Notes: generated by a model from the letters alone, not told the origin. Shown: positions 37,767 to 46,471, counted from the stretch's first letter. The stretch is 64,000 bases of DNA from Candidatus Falkowbacteria bacterium GW2011_GWF2_43_32 (GCA_000999715.1 LCGL01000001.1:259139-323138); one strand, 5' to 3'. Translations and numbers: made by a program.

Positions 37767-38606
37767 CTACCTCTTATAACCTATTAATTCAAAAACTTTA
37801 TCCATTGCAACAACTACTGAATATCCTGAATTTTCAAATTCTGTGTTAACTAGCCTGTTTCTTGTATTAACCCATTTTTGGACGAATGGGATAAATTGAG
37901 ACACAAGCCCTATTATTTTATAATGCAACCCATTAAGACCATCCTGCTCTACCTCCACTACCGGACCACCACTATTTCCGTAATAAACTGGGCAATCAAT
38001 GATAATGGTGCCATGATTTTTATACACGTTCGCCACTATTCCTTTCCTTAATAGAGGTTTATTGTAATCAAATTGTGGAGAATCAGCCATTCCTAAGGAA
38101 GTTGGATAGCCAGACAAAAAAACATTATTAGAAATTAATACCTCTTCTAAAAGTTTAACCTTTCCAGCATCTACTTGAATCATCGTTGTCTTTCCGGAAA
38201 CTTTTTTTGTTACCCCACTATTGGCTATTAACTTGTACCCTTCGCCCGTCTCCGTTTTTTCCAGCTCTCCCATCTCAATCGCAGCAACATCGGAGTTTGG
38301 GTGTGCAATCGGCGCAAGCACTCTCAAATCGACACCATAAACATGGACGCTATCATCATTGATATCTCTAGCAGGAATTATCAAATCAATATTGCTCCCT
38401 CGTATTTTCTTATCATCATCAAATAAAACGTGCTTTGCTGTGATTAAAAATACTTTTTTGTCTGCTCGTAACAAAAACCCTGACCCCTGACTGCCTGTAT
38501 CAAATTTAATTAGTAACGGATAAGCTAAATTGTCTTCTGGTATTGCTCTCATATAATTCAACAAAATAAAGTCTACATATTTATTATACCTTCTTAAAGC
38601 AAACAA
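37767..38606 (-). CDS. trypsin-fold (chymotrypsin-like, Trypsin_2-type) serine protease, island gene 2
   Basis: Catalytic contexts FLITAKHVLF (His), NSDVAAIEM (Asp) and YYGNSGGPVV (Ser). There is no signal peptide or PDZ domain. The TTG at 38606 lies in the U tract of the upstream terminator, so the ATG at 38552 (MRAIPEDN) is a plausible true start. Confidence 0.8.
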   Translation of the reverse strand: MFALRRYNKYVDFILLNYMRAIPEDNLAYPLLIKFDTGSQGSGFLLRADKKVFLITAKHVLFDDDKKIRGSNIDLIIPARDINDDSVHVYGVDLRVLAPIAHPNSDVAAIEMGELEKTETGEGYKLIANSGVTKKVSGKTTMIQVDAGKVKLLEEVLISNNVFLSGYPTSLGMADSPQFDYNKPLLRKGIVANVYKNHGTIIIDCPVYYGNSGGPVVEVEQDGLNGLHYKIIGLVSQFIPFVQKWVNTRNRLVNTEFENSGYSVVVAMDKVFELIGYKR

Positions 38607-38625
38607 AAACAGCCCTTTCGGACTG
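38601..38625 (-). terminator. intrinsic terminator downstream of the ATPase gene
   Basis: The minus strand reads CAGUCC-GAAA-GGGCUG followed by UUUUUGUUU. The G-U pair forms only on the minus-strand RNA. Confidence 0.55.
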
Positions 38626-38637
38626 TCTCTGTTTCGT

Positions 38638-38670
38638 GAGCTCCTTTTGGAGTTTGGTTATAAATTTAAT
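38638..38670. repeat. 33-nt island repeat, copy A
   Basis: GAGCTCCTTTTGGAGTTTGGTTATAAATTTAAT, abutting the ATPase stop codon. Confidence 0.75.
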
Positions 38671-39965
38671 TAATGTGCCAACTCAATGCCTTCTGGAACA
38701 TCAAAGGATTCAAAAATCTCTTGTAAGTCAGCATTTCTAATAAAAAAATAAAACGTAGAATCAATTATCTTTAATGTCCTAATACTTTTATCATAGTCAA
38801 ATAAGGGAGGAACAATTCCTCTTTTAATCTGTGATGCGACAATATTATGTAAAAAATTACTCATATCAGATGGCCTTACGTCATTGGGTCGATGATGAAA
38901 TGATTTTATGCCTGTTTGTATCTCCACTCTCTTAAACCCAGCTACCATCGCATCAAAATCTTGAACAAAAAGGAATTTAATAAAGTAATAAGGGAGAAAG
39001 AGTTGTGTATCTGCGGATCCTCCGCCACGTTGCTCAATAAAAGTTTCAACGCTTCTTAAATGCCTCCCAGAATAATCTTGCCATTTTTTCTCTTTTGCTT
39101 TCCTAAGATTATCAAAACCTAATATAACTTTATCAGCGCCGGTATTCTCGACGCCAGCGGCTAGACAAACTTCTTTGCAAAGTTCCTGAAAAACACCCAC
39201 ACTATCAAAAGATAAATTTACCAGCTCTTCAAATATTTCATCAAATCGAACATTTAGCAACGGGCTACCGCTTTCTATAATTTTTCTAAAATCTTCCTTT
39301 GACCATGGCTCAACCGGTATCTCTATCAACCTATCTTGGAGATCTCCGTTAAATTGAGCTAATCTATTTTTTTCTCTCCATATGCCTAAAATAATAAATA
39401 GAATATTATTATCTTCAAAAACTCTTAAATGATGCGCTAACTGTTTTTGCACTTCCTCTGGTAAATAATGAAAATTTTCTAAAATAATTCTTTTCTTAAA
39501 GCCAATTTTTATTAATATTTCACAAATATCCTGCGGCAATTCTAAATTATACTCAACCGTGCTATATTTTATCTCTTCTGAACTGGTTCCCGCTAACTCT
39601 GACCCAACTTTTGCATCGCCTGAAAAAAATGGTATTAATACCTTTGCTCTTACTTCTCCGGATATGCCGCCTTTTGTTTCCTCTCTCAAAGATTTCTCAA
39701 TTTCAAATTTGATATTTAACTGACGCAAAATAGATCTATATATATCAATAGGTGTAGTTTCCGGAGCACAATTTATTCTGACAAATTCTGTTTCAGCTAA
39801 ATGTCTATTAGTCAAAGCTGATTTCCCTTGCTTTGAGGAACCGAAAACTATAATGTGTTTTCTGGTTTCTATAGCTCTAAGAAATAATAAATCGACACTT
39901 TCTCTTTCTATATAGCTCTTTATGTCACTATTTGAAACGCCAAACACTTCAATGGTTTTGCTCAT
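38670..39965 (-). CDS. orphan P-loop NTPase (AAA/Arch_ATPase-like) with large unassigned C-terminal region, island gene 1
   Basis: Walker A VFGSSKQGKSAL (residues about 40-50) and Walker-B-like KRIILENFHYLPEE (about 165-178). The remaining 250 or so aa are unrecognised. Confidence 0.7.
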   Translation of the reverse strand: MSKTIEVFGVSNSDIKSYIERESVDLLFLRAIETRKHIIVFGSSKQGKSALTNRHLAETEFVRINCAPETTPIDIYRSILRQLNIKFEIEKSLREETKGGISGEVRAKVLIPFFSGDAKVGSELAGTSSEEIKYSTVEYNLELPQDICEILIKIGFKKRIILENFHYLPEEVQKQLAHHLRVFEDNNILFIILGIWREKNRLAQFNGDLQDRLIEIPVEPWSKEDFRKIIESGSPLLNVRFDEIFEELVNLSFDSVGVFQELCKEVCLAAGVENTGADKVILGFDNLRKAKEKKWQDYSGRHLRSVETFIEQRGGGSADTQLFLPYYFIKFLFVQDFDAMVAGFKRVEIQTGIKSFHHRPNDVRPSDMSNFLHNIVASQIKRGIVPPLFDYDKSIRTLKIIDSTFYFFIRNADLQEIFESFDVPEGIELAH

Positions 39966-39996
39966 AAATAATTTTTTTAGTTAAATATTGTATAAC

Positions 39997-40046
39997 AAAA
40001 ACCCCCATTACGAGGGTTTCTGTAATCTGGGGGTTTATAAACCCCC
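39997..40046 (-). promoter_or_regulatory. mutually exclusive hairpins (terminator/anti-terminator-like) between tRNA-Gly and the island ATPase gene
   Basis: The minus-strand RNA reads GGGGGUUU(1)-AU-AAACCCCC(2)-AG-AUUAC-loop-GUAAU-GGGGGUUUUUGUU(3). Segment 2 can pair with 1, or with 3. The 2:3 pairing forms a terminator with a U tract. Confidence 0.45.
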
Positions 40047-40051
40047 GTAAA

Positions 40052-40126
40052 TGGAGCGGGTAACGGGAATCGAACCCGTCTCTCGACCTTGGCAAGGTCG
40101 CATAATAACCACTATACGATACCCGC
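40052..40126 (-). tRNA. tRNA-Gly (GCC)
   Basis: The reverse complement is GCGGGTATCGTATAGTGGTTATTATGCGACCTTGCCAAGGTCGAGAGACGGGTTCGATTCCCGTTACCCGCTCCA. It folds as a canonical cloverleaf. CCA is encoded. Confidence 0.9.
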
Positions 40127-40141
40127 AATATTTTAATCACG

Positions 40142-40224
40142 TGGTCCAGGTGGGACTCGAACCCACACGCCTTTTGGGCACAGCATTTTAAGTGCTGCGT
40201 GTATACCAGTTCCACCACTGGACC
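40142..40224 (-). tRNA. tRNA-Leu (UAA)
   Basis: Class II tRNA: acceptor GGTCCAG/CTGGACC, anticodon stem CAGCA/TGCTG with loop CTTAAAA, variable arm GCC-CAAAA-GGC, T arm GTGGG-TTCGAGT-CCCAC. Confidence 0.85.
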
Positions 40225-40241
40225 TCTCCTGTTTGACTCTG

Positions 40242-40651
40242 TGGAGATGATGGGAGTTGAACCCATGTCCAACCGGTTTCCCTAAATACCTGTACAAAAA
40301 TAGTTCGATTTATTTGTTTTAACCTCAACCATCAATAACCGAACGAAAAGCGATTGAAGCGATCTTCCTGCTTGTTTCGACGTTTTCCGGAAAGCGCGGT
40401 TAAACGTCTATCTCCATACCCGCTTCGCCGAAGCGAGGCGAGCTTATGACACCGGCCGTCGCTTATGAAGACTGGGCGCGACCGATGGCTATGGAACCTT
40501 TATTAGGCCATAACTGGAGCGTAACTCGGGCAAGCCCAAGTGAACGCTTTTGCCGTTTTGGCATTTGTGTTTTTTTAGTCGGTTTTGCGTGACGGCTAAG
40601 CACGTTTTGAGTATTTAAGAAAAGTCCCGGCTGTCGATGCCTGGCATCCCC
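40242..40651 (-). ncRNA. ssrA: tmRNA (SsrA)
   Basis: The 5' end reads GGGGAUGCCAGGCAUCGACAGCCGGGAC and the 3' end reads GGACAUGGGUUCAACUCCCAUCAUCUCCA. The acceptor pairing includes G3-U70. There is an internal ORF-like tag ending in UAAUAA. The gene lies 35 nt downstream of smpB. Confidence 0.85.
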
Positions 40652-40685
40652 TTTAATCGTTAAGCGGCCGCCGAAGCGGCTGAAC

Positions 40686-41144
40686 TCAGCGTCTTTTTGT
40701 CAATGATCGCAAGTGTCTTTCCACTTCCCGTTTCTTGATGGTTTCCCGTTTATCATACTTCTTTTTCCCTTTGGCCACGGCAAATTCCAGCTTCAGAAAA
40801 CTACGATTAGTATATATTTTGAGAGGGATAAGTGTCAAGCCTTCCGTACGAATTTTACCCAACAAATGATTAATTTCCTGGCGCTTCAACAGCAATTTTC
40901 TTTCCCGCCGCTGATTATAATCCGGCATCGTACCGGCGTTCTTGAACGGTGAAATTTGGCAATTGACGAGATACAATTCCGTCTGTCCGTTCTTGGTGCG
41001 CAAAGAAATGAAACTGCCCTTCAAACTGGCCTGACCGGCGCGCACCGCCTTCACTTCGTGTCCGAATAAAACTAAGCCGGCCTCATATTTATTGAGAATT
41101 TCATAATCAAAATTAGCCTTTTTATTTTGTGCCAGCGGGGGCAT
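40686..41144 (-). CDS. smpB: SsrA-binding protein SmpB
   Basis: 152 aa. The pattern NKKANFDYEI ... GLVL.G.EVK is typical of SmpB. Confidence 0.92.
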   Translation of the reverse strand: MPPLAQNKKANFDYEILNKYEAGLVLFGHEVKAVRAGQASLKGSFISLRTKNGQTELYLVNCQISPFKNAGTMPDYNQRRERKLLLKRQEINHLLGKIRTEGLTLIPLKIYTNRSFLKLEFAVAKGKKKYDKRETIKKREVERHLRSLTKRR

Positions 41145-42423
41145 AGTTCCATTCTTTTAATTGGGCGATGACTTTTTCGTTAGTTAAAATATTTCTCAAA
41201 TAATCGGTATAACCGGCTTCTCCCAAAACTTTGGACACCTCTTTATTGTCCGCGTACTGTTTTTTCAGCTCGGCGATTTTATCCGCGATTTCTTTGTCGC
41301 TAACCATAATTTTTTCCAACACGGCGATTTCACGAATCACTAAAGCCGATTTGACGCGCTTCACCGCGTTCGGCAAAAGTTCCAGTTGCAAAGCTTCGCG
41401 AGTTTTTTTCAGATGTCCGAGATAATCTTCAAACTTGCCGCCTTGACGAACGATATTCGTTTCCAGCTCTGTCATGATGTTACGCGATTCGCTCTCCACC
41501 AAAACATCCGGCAAATCGCCGAATTTGGTATCGGCGATAATTTTGGAAATCATCTCCGCCTCGTTTTTTAAATCCGTATTGCGTTTTTTCTCCTGTTCCA
41601 AGCTTTCCTTCAAATTGGTCTTCAGTTCCGCCAAAGTTTTCAAACGAAAAAACCCGGCAAACTCGTCATTCAATTCCGGCAAAGTGCGGCTGTAAATATC
41701 CTTCACGGTTACCGCAAATTCCACCAACTTGCCGGCGATATTTTTTTGATGATGATTATCGGGATACGGCAAGCTAAACTTTTTTTCTTCGCCTTTTTTC
41801 GCGCCCAATAATTGTTTGTCAAAACCCGGAACGAAATAATCCTTGCCGACAATAATCGTCGCCCCTTGATGCTGGCCGTCTTCCAACGGCACTTTGTCTA
41901 AAAACATCTTGATATCCGCGACCACTTTATCGCCGTCGCCGATGGCTCGATCCGCCAACGCCTCTTGCGCCCGCATCTCGCGCAAATCGTGCAAAGATTT
42001 TTCTATCTCTTTATCTTCCACCGATACCGCTTCCGGCTTAAGCCCCAAGTCTTTATATTTTCCCAAAGCGATGCTCGGCAAACAGGAAATCACAATCTTA
42101 TATTCCAAAGGATTATTCGGCGCCAATTTCGTCACGTTAACTTGCGGCTGTCCGATCGCCTGAACGCCAATCGTATTTTGTTCAATGACATCGTCAATCG
42201 TTTTGTGAATGGCCAGATGCGCCGCTTCTTCCAAAATCGTCATCTCGCCGATTTTCTGTTTCAAAATTTCATACGGCACTTTTCCGGGACGAAAACCTTC
42301 AATTTTAATCGTGGCGGCCACTTTTTCCGCTCCTTTGGGAATATAGGGGGCAAATTCTTCAACACTCAATTCTACCGATAATTCCAATTGCGATTTGGGC
42401 AATTCTTTTTTGACAACTTGCAT
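41122..42423 (-). CDS. tig: trigger factor
   Basis: 433 aa. N-terminal ribosome-binding region (GFRPGKVP), a PPIase-like middle and a C-terminal arm. Confidence 0.88.
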   Translation of the reverse strand: MQVVKKELPKSQLELSVELSVEEFAPYIPKGAEKVAATIKIEGFRPGKVPYEILKQKIGEMTILEEAAHLAIHKTIDDVIEQNTIGVQAIGQPQVNVTKLAPNNPLEYKIVISCLPSIALGKYKDLGLKPEAVSVEDKEIEKSLHDLREMRAQEALADRAIGDGDKVVADIKMFLDKVPLEDGQHQGATIIVGKDYFVPGFDKQLLGAKKGEEKKFSLPYPDNHHQKNIAGKLVEFAVTVKDIYSRTLPELNDEFAGFFRLKTLAELKTNLKESLEQEKKRNTDLKNEAEMISKIIADTKFGDLPDVLVESESRNIMTELETNIVRQGGKFEDYLGHLKKTREALQLELLPNAVKRVKSALVIREIAVLEKIMVSDKEIADKIAELKKQYADNKEVSKVLGEAGYTDYLRNILTNEKVIAQLKEWNYAPAGTK

Positions 42424-42453
42424 AAGCGAATAAATAAACGAAATTAAAAATCT

Positions 42454-44463
42454 CTACAACAATAACCCGACGATGAGCAAAGCCACGATGTTCAAAACTT
42501 TGATCATCGGATTGATTGCCGGACCGGCCGTATCCTTATAAGGATCACCGACCGTGTCTCCGGTCACCGCCGCTTTATGAGCATCGGAACCTTTGCCGCC
42601 AAAATGACCGGCTTCAATATATTTCTTGGCGTTATCCCAGGCACCGCCGCCGGAAGTCATGGATACCGCCACAAAAATACCGGTGATGATGGAACCGACC
42701 AACAACCCGCCCAAAGCTTCCACGCCGTGTCCGGCTCCGAATAAATTAAAACCAAAACCGATTAAAATCGGCACGACCACCGGAATCAAGGCCGGAATAA
42801 TCATTTCCCGAATAGCCGCCTTGGTGACGATATCAACCGTGCGCCCGTAATCCGGCTTTTCCGTGCCGTCCATAATGCCGGCCTTTTCTTTAAATTGCGC
42901 CCGCACATCTTCCACTACCGAACCGGCCGCGCGACCGACCGCTTTCATGGCCATCGCTCCGAACAAATAAGGCAACAAACCGCCGATAAACAATCCGACC
43001 AGGACATAAGGATTATCAATCAAAAATTGTATCTGTCCGCCGCCTTCTTTTATCTTAAAAGTAAAATCCGCGAACAAGACCAGGGCCGCCAAAGCCGCCG
43101 AACCGATAGCATAACCTTTGGTAACCGCTTTGGTCGTATTACCGACCGCGTCCAAGGGGTCGGTCACATTGCGCACGTCTTCTCCCAGCTCCGCCATTTC
43201 GGCAATACCGCCGGCGTTATCGGTGATCGGACCGTAAGCGTCAATCGTTACAATGATGCCGGCCATGGATAACATCGCCATCGCGGCCACCGCGATGCCG
43301 TAAAGTCCGGCTAAAGAAAAGGCGCCTAAAATCGCCAAACAAATAATGATAATCGGCCAAGCCGTAGACTTCATGGAAACCGCCAAACCGGCGATGACAT
43401 TCGTGCCGCTGCCGGTGCGCGATGCCTCGGCGATGCCTTTAACCGGACCGAATTTGGTGGAGGTGTAATATTCGGTTACGACCACCAATAAACCGGTAAC
43501 GGCCAAGCCGATTAAACTGGCGAAATAAATTTTCAAACTCAAACCGCCGACAATGAAATATTTGGTCAAGGGATAAAAAGCGATCGCCGATAAGACACCG
43601 GCGGCAATTAAACCTTTATACAAGGCGCGCATGATATTTTGCTTTTTGCCGAGACGAATGAAGAAAATGCCGATGATGGAAGCGATGATGGACACCGCGC
43701 CCAAAACCAACGGATATAAAATGATATTGGCGTTCCCCGCAAAAGTCAGACTGCCCAAAACCATCGCCGCGATGGACGTGACGGCGTAAGTTTCAAACAA
43801 GTCGGCCGCCATGCCGGCGCAGTCACCCACGTTGTCGCCGACGTTATCGGCGATAACCGCCGGATTGCGCGGATCGTCTTCCGGAATATTGGCCTCCACT
43901 TTACCCACCAAATCCGCGCCGACATCCGCCGCTTTGGTATAAATGCCTCCGCCCAAGCGGGCAAAAATGGAAATCAAAGAACCGCCGAAAGCAAAGCCGA
44001 TCAAAGCATGCAAATCATAAGTCAAAAAATAAAAACCGGCCGTGCCCAACAAGGCTAACCCGACAACCAATAAACCGGTTACACTGCCGCCGCGTACCGC
44101 GACATTCAAGGCCTTCTGCAAGCCGCCCCGCGCCGCTTCCGTGGTACGAACATTGGCGCGCACGCTCACGTACATACCGATATATCCAGTTAAAGCCGAA
44201 AAAACCGCGCCGCTAATAAACGCCGCCGCCGTCAGCCAACCTAAAATCGGCACGAAACCGATAATCAAAAATAAAACAATGGCCACGATGGCGACCGATT
44301 TATACTGACGATTCAAGAACGCCTTGGCGCCGGCTTGAATCGCCGCCGCGATAGTTTGCATTTTTTCATTTCCGGCCGGCAACCGCAGAATGGACACGAT
44401 CACCAGAGCGCCGTAAATCAAAGCGATCAACGCACTGCTCAGAATTAAAAGATTGGTTAACAT
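42454..44463 (-). CDS. hppA: membrane-bound proton/sodium-translocating pyrophosphatase
   Basis: 669 aa, polytopic. Motifs [22 protein letters not shown] and [11 protein letters not shown]. Confidence 0.95.
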   Translation of the reverse strand: MLTNLLILSSALIALIYGALVIVSILRLPAGNEKMQTIAAAIQAGAKAFLNRQYKSVAIVAIVLFLIIGFVPILGWLTAAAFISGAVFSALTGYIGMYVSVRANVRTTEAARGGLQKALNVAVRGGSVTGLLVVGLALLGTAGFYFLTYDLHALIGFAFGGSLISIFARLGGGIYTKAADVGADLVGKVEANIPEDDPRNPAVIADNVGDNVGDCAGMAADLFETYAVTSIAAMVLGSLTFAGNANIILYPLVLGAVSIIASIIGIFFIRLGKKQNIMRALYKGLIAAGVLSAIAFYPLTKYFIVGGLSLKIYFASLIGLAVTGLLVVVTEYYTSTKFGPVKGIAEASRTGSGTNVIAGLAVSMKSTAWPIIIICLAILGAFSLAGLYGIAVAAMAMLSMAGIIVTIDAYGPITDNAGGIAEMAELGEDVRNVTDPLDAVGNTTKAVTKGYAIGSAALAALVLFADFTFKIKEGGGQIQFLIDNPYVLVGLFIGGLLPYLFGAMAMKAVGRAAGSVVEDVRAQFKEKAGIMDGTEKPDYGRTVDIVTKAAIREMIIPALIPVVVPILIGFGFNLFGAGHGVEALGGLLVGSIITGIFVAVSMTSGGGAWDNAKKYIEAGHFGGKGSDAHKAAVTGDTVGDPYKDTAGPAINPMIKVLNIVALLIVGLLL

Positions 44464-44495
44464 AGATTTAAAAATTCTTATTATTTTTAATAATT

Positions 44496-45860
44496 TTATT
44501 CTTTCTCTTTTTTAACCTTTTTGGTTTTTTTGGGTTTGGCCTTGTCTTTTTCAACGACCTCTGCGGCAACGCTTTCCGCCGTCGTTTCGACTGTCGCTTC
44601 GGTAGTCGTTTCAGCAGTCGCTTCGGCGACCTCTCCCTCCGCGATTTCCATATTGTTCTCGTCCACGCCCAAAACTTTCTTCTCGCCTTCTTCGGACGCC
44701 TCAATAATATCAATTTTCCAACCGGTCAAGCGCGCCGCCAAACGAACATTTTGTCCGGCCTTGCCGATTGCCAACGATAATTTATCGGAACTGACTTTGA
44801 CAATCGCTTTATGCTCGGCTTCGTTTAATTCAATGGAAATCACTTTGGCCGGAGCCAGGGCATTGGCGATAAACTTCGCCGGCTCTTCGTTATACTCGAT
44901 AATATCGATTTTTTCTCCGCCCAATTCGCTGATAATCGTCTGAACGCGACTGCCGCGCTGTCCGACACAAGAGCCGACCGGATCAACATTTTCCGCTTCC
45001 GTCCAAATCGCCACTTTCGAGCGCGATCCGGCTTCACGGGCTACCGCTTTTATTTCCACCAAGCCATTGGCCACTTCCGGAATTTCCAAATAAAAAATCT
45101 TACGCAAAATTTCTTCGGAACGACGCGATAAAATTATTTCCGGACCTTTATGTCCCTCGCGCACTTCTTTGATAAAAACTTTAACGCGGTCATTCGGGTT
45201 ATAACGTTCGCTGTAAATTTGTTCTTCGGCCGGAAGCAAGCCGATCGCTTTGCCCAAATCGACAAAAACGAATCGTCCTTCGCGACGCTGAACGATGCCG
45301 GAAACCACTTCTCTTTCCTTGCCTTTAAACTCGCTGAAAATCATATCGCGTTCCATTTCCCGAAGTTTCTGGATGATAACTTGCTTGGCGGTCTGAGCGG
45401 CCATGCGTCCGTAGCTGTCCGGCACCGGCAATTCGGTAACCAATTCGTCGCCGATATTGGCATTATGCTTTAAAATACCGGCTTCTTTAAGTTGAATGTC
45501 GGTTTTCGGATTAAACTTTTTTCGGCCTTCTTCCCCCGCCTCTTCCTCTTTTCTCAACTCCGGAGCTTTAAAATCATTACGAATTTCTTCTTTATGAAGT
45601 TCTTTCTGATTCGGATTATATAAATTCTGAAGCATTTCCGCCTCTTCTTCTTCCGGCAAATTTTCCACCACGGTCTTCACGTCAAAAACTTCCGTTTTAC
45701 CGGAATTCGGATCGAACTTCACGCGAATGTTTTGATTGCGCTCGCCGTAATCTTTGCGATAAGCGGCCGCCAAAGCTAATTCCACCGCGCCGATAACCGC
45801 CTGATAGTCCAGGTTTTTTTCTTCGCACAATTGCTTGATGGCCGCGCTTATTTCTGACAT
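44496..45860 (-). CDS. nusA: transcription termination/antitermination factor NusA with acidic-then-basic C-terminal tail
   Basis: N-terminal domain, S1 domain and two KH domains ([20 protein letters not shown]). The tail reads [18 protein letters not shown]...[11 protein letters not shown]. Confidence 0.92.
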   Translation of the reverse strand: MSEISAAIKQLCEEKNLDYQAVIGAVELALAAAYRKDYGERNQNIRVKFDPNSGKTEVFDVKTVVENLPEEEEAEMLQNLYNPNQKELHKEEIRNDFKAPELRKEEEAGEEGRKKFNPKTDIQLKEAGILKHNANIGDELVTELPVPDSYGRMAAQTAKQVIIQKLREMERDMIFSEFKGKEREVVSGIVQRREGRFVFVDLGKAIGLLPAEEQIYSERYNPNDRVKVFIKEVREGHKGPEIILSRRSEEILRKIFYLEIPEVANGLVEIKAVAREAGSRSKVAIWTEAENVDPVGSCVGQRGSRVQTIISELGGEKIDIIEYNEEPAKFIANALAPAKVISIELNEAEHKAIVKVSSDKLSLAIGKAGQNVRLAARLTGWKIDIIEASEEGEKKVLGVDENNMEIAEGEVAEATAETTTEATVETTAESVAAEVVEKDKAKPKKTKKVKKEKE

Positions 45861-45964
45861 ATTATTGTTGTTATTAAAACGCTTATTTAAGAGAAAAAGC
45901 TAATTGTAAGAACAACTAGCTTTCCGGATATATTATAACATTATTATCATTTTTGTAAAGTCGG

Positions 45965-46408
45965 CTAGTAAGGAGAGTAAAACATGTAACCGGGGGTGCC
46001 AGAGATTGTTCTGGTCATCGTCCAAAATATGTAACGCGTAATCGTCCAGGCCGTCATGATAATCACCAAGCCGATAATGGCGTTTTTCAACAAGCCGACC
46101 GATTTTTTGATTTTCTCTTCATTCCCGCCGGAGGTCATATATTGAAAACCGGCGACAATTATCAGCGCCAGAAAAATCATGCCCAAAAAGGTCAAAACGA
46201 TATTGATTATTTTGACAATCGTAATCCGTAAGTCCTGGGGCTCGCCGGCGCTATTATAGGCAAGACCGCCGATTGTTTGCAAACCGATTTGATTGTTGAT
46301 TAAAGACTCATCCGCCTTGACCGGAACGGCGATAATCGCCAAACTAAAAATAGCTAAAAGCAAAAAAGAAAAAATTCTCCTCCCGATCGCCTTTTTAGTG
46401 ATAACCAT
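45965..46408 (-). CDS. TrbC/VirB2-like (T4SS-pilin-like) small membrane protein
   Basis: 147 aa. Signal/TM helix, then two hydrophobic helices flanking GFQYMTSGGNEEKIKKS. This architecture is typical of the pilin-like family common in CPR genomes. The assignment is from memory. Confidence 0.5.
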   Translation of the reverse strand: MVITKKAIGRRIFSFLLLAIFSLAIIAVPVKADESLINNQIGLQTIGGLAYNSAGEPQDLRITIVKIINIVLTFLGMIFLALIIVAGFQYMTSGGNEEKIKKSVGLLKNAIIGLVIIMTAWTITRYIFWTMTRTISGTPGYMFYSPY

Positions 46409-46471
46409 AAAATATGATATAATTAAATAGATATCATTATTATATAAAAATCCCTCTTAAAACACAAGAAA

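Noticed and set aside
36302-38670. Integron attC-site interpretation of the 33-nt island repeats.
   Set aside because: There is no GTTRRRY/RYYYAAC core pair (GTTATAA does not fit), no extended imperfect palindrome, and no integrase gene in the window.
39949-40272. ORF of 107 aa on the minus strand.
   Set aside because: It spans tRNA-Gly, tRNA-Leu and the tmRNA 3' end. It is an artefact of translating structured RNA genes.
44468-44713. An 81-aa Lys/Arg-rich ORF overlapping the nusA 3' end.
   Set aside because: It is an out-of-frame shadow of the repetitive acidic/basic NusA tail and has no independent signals.
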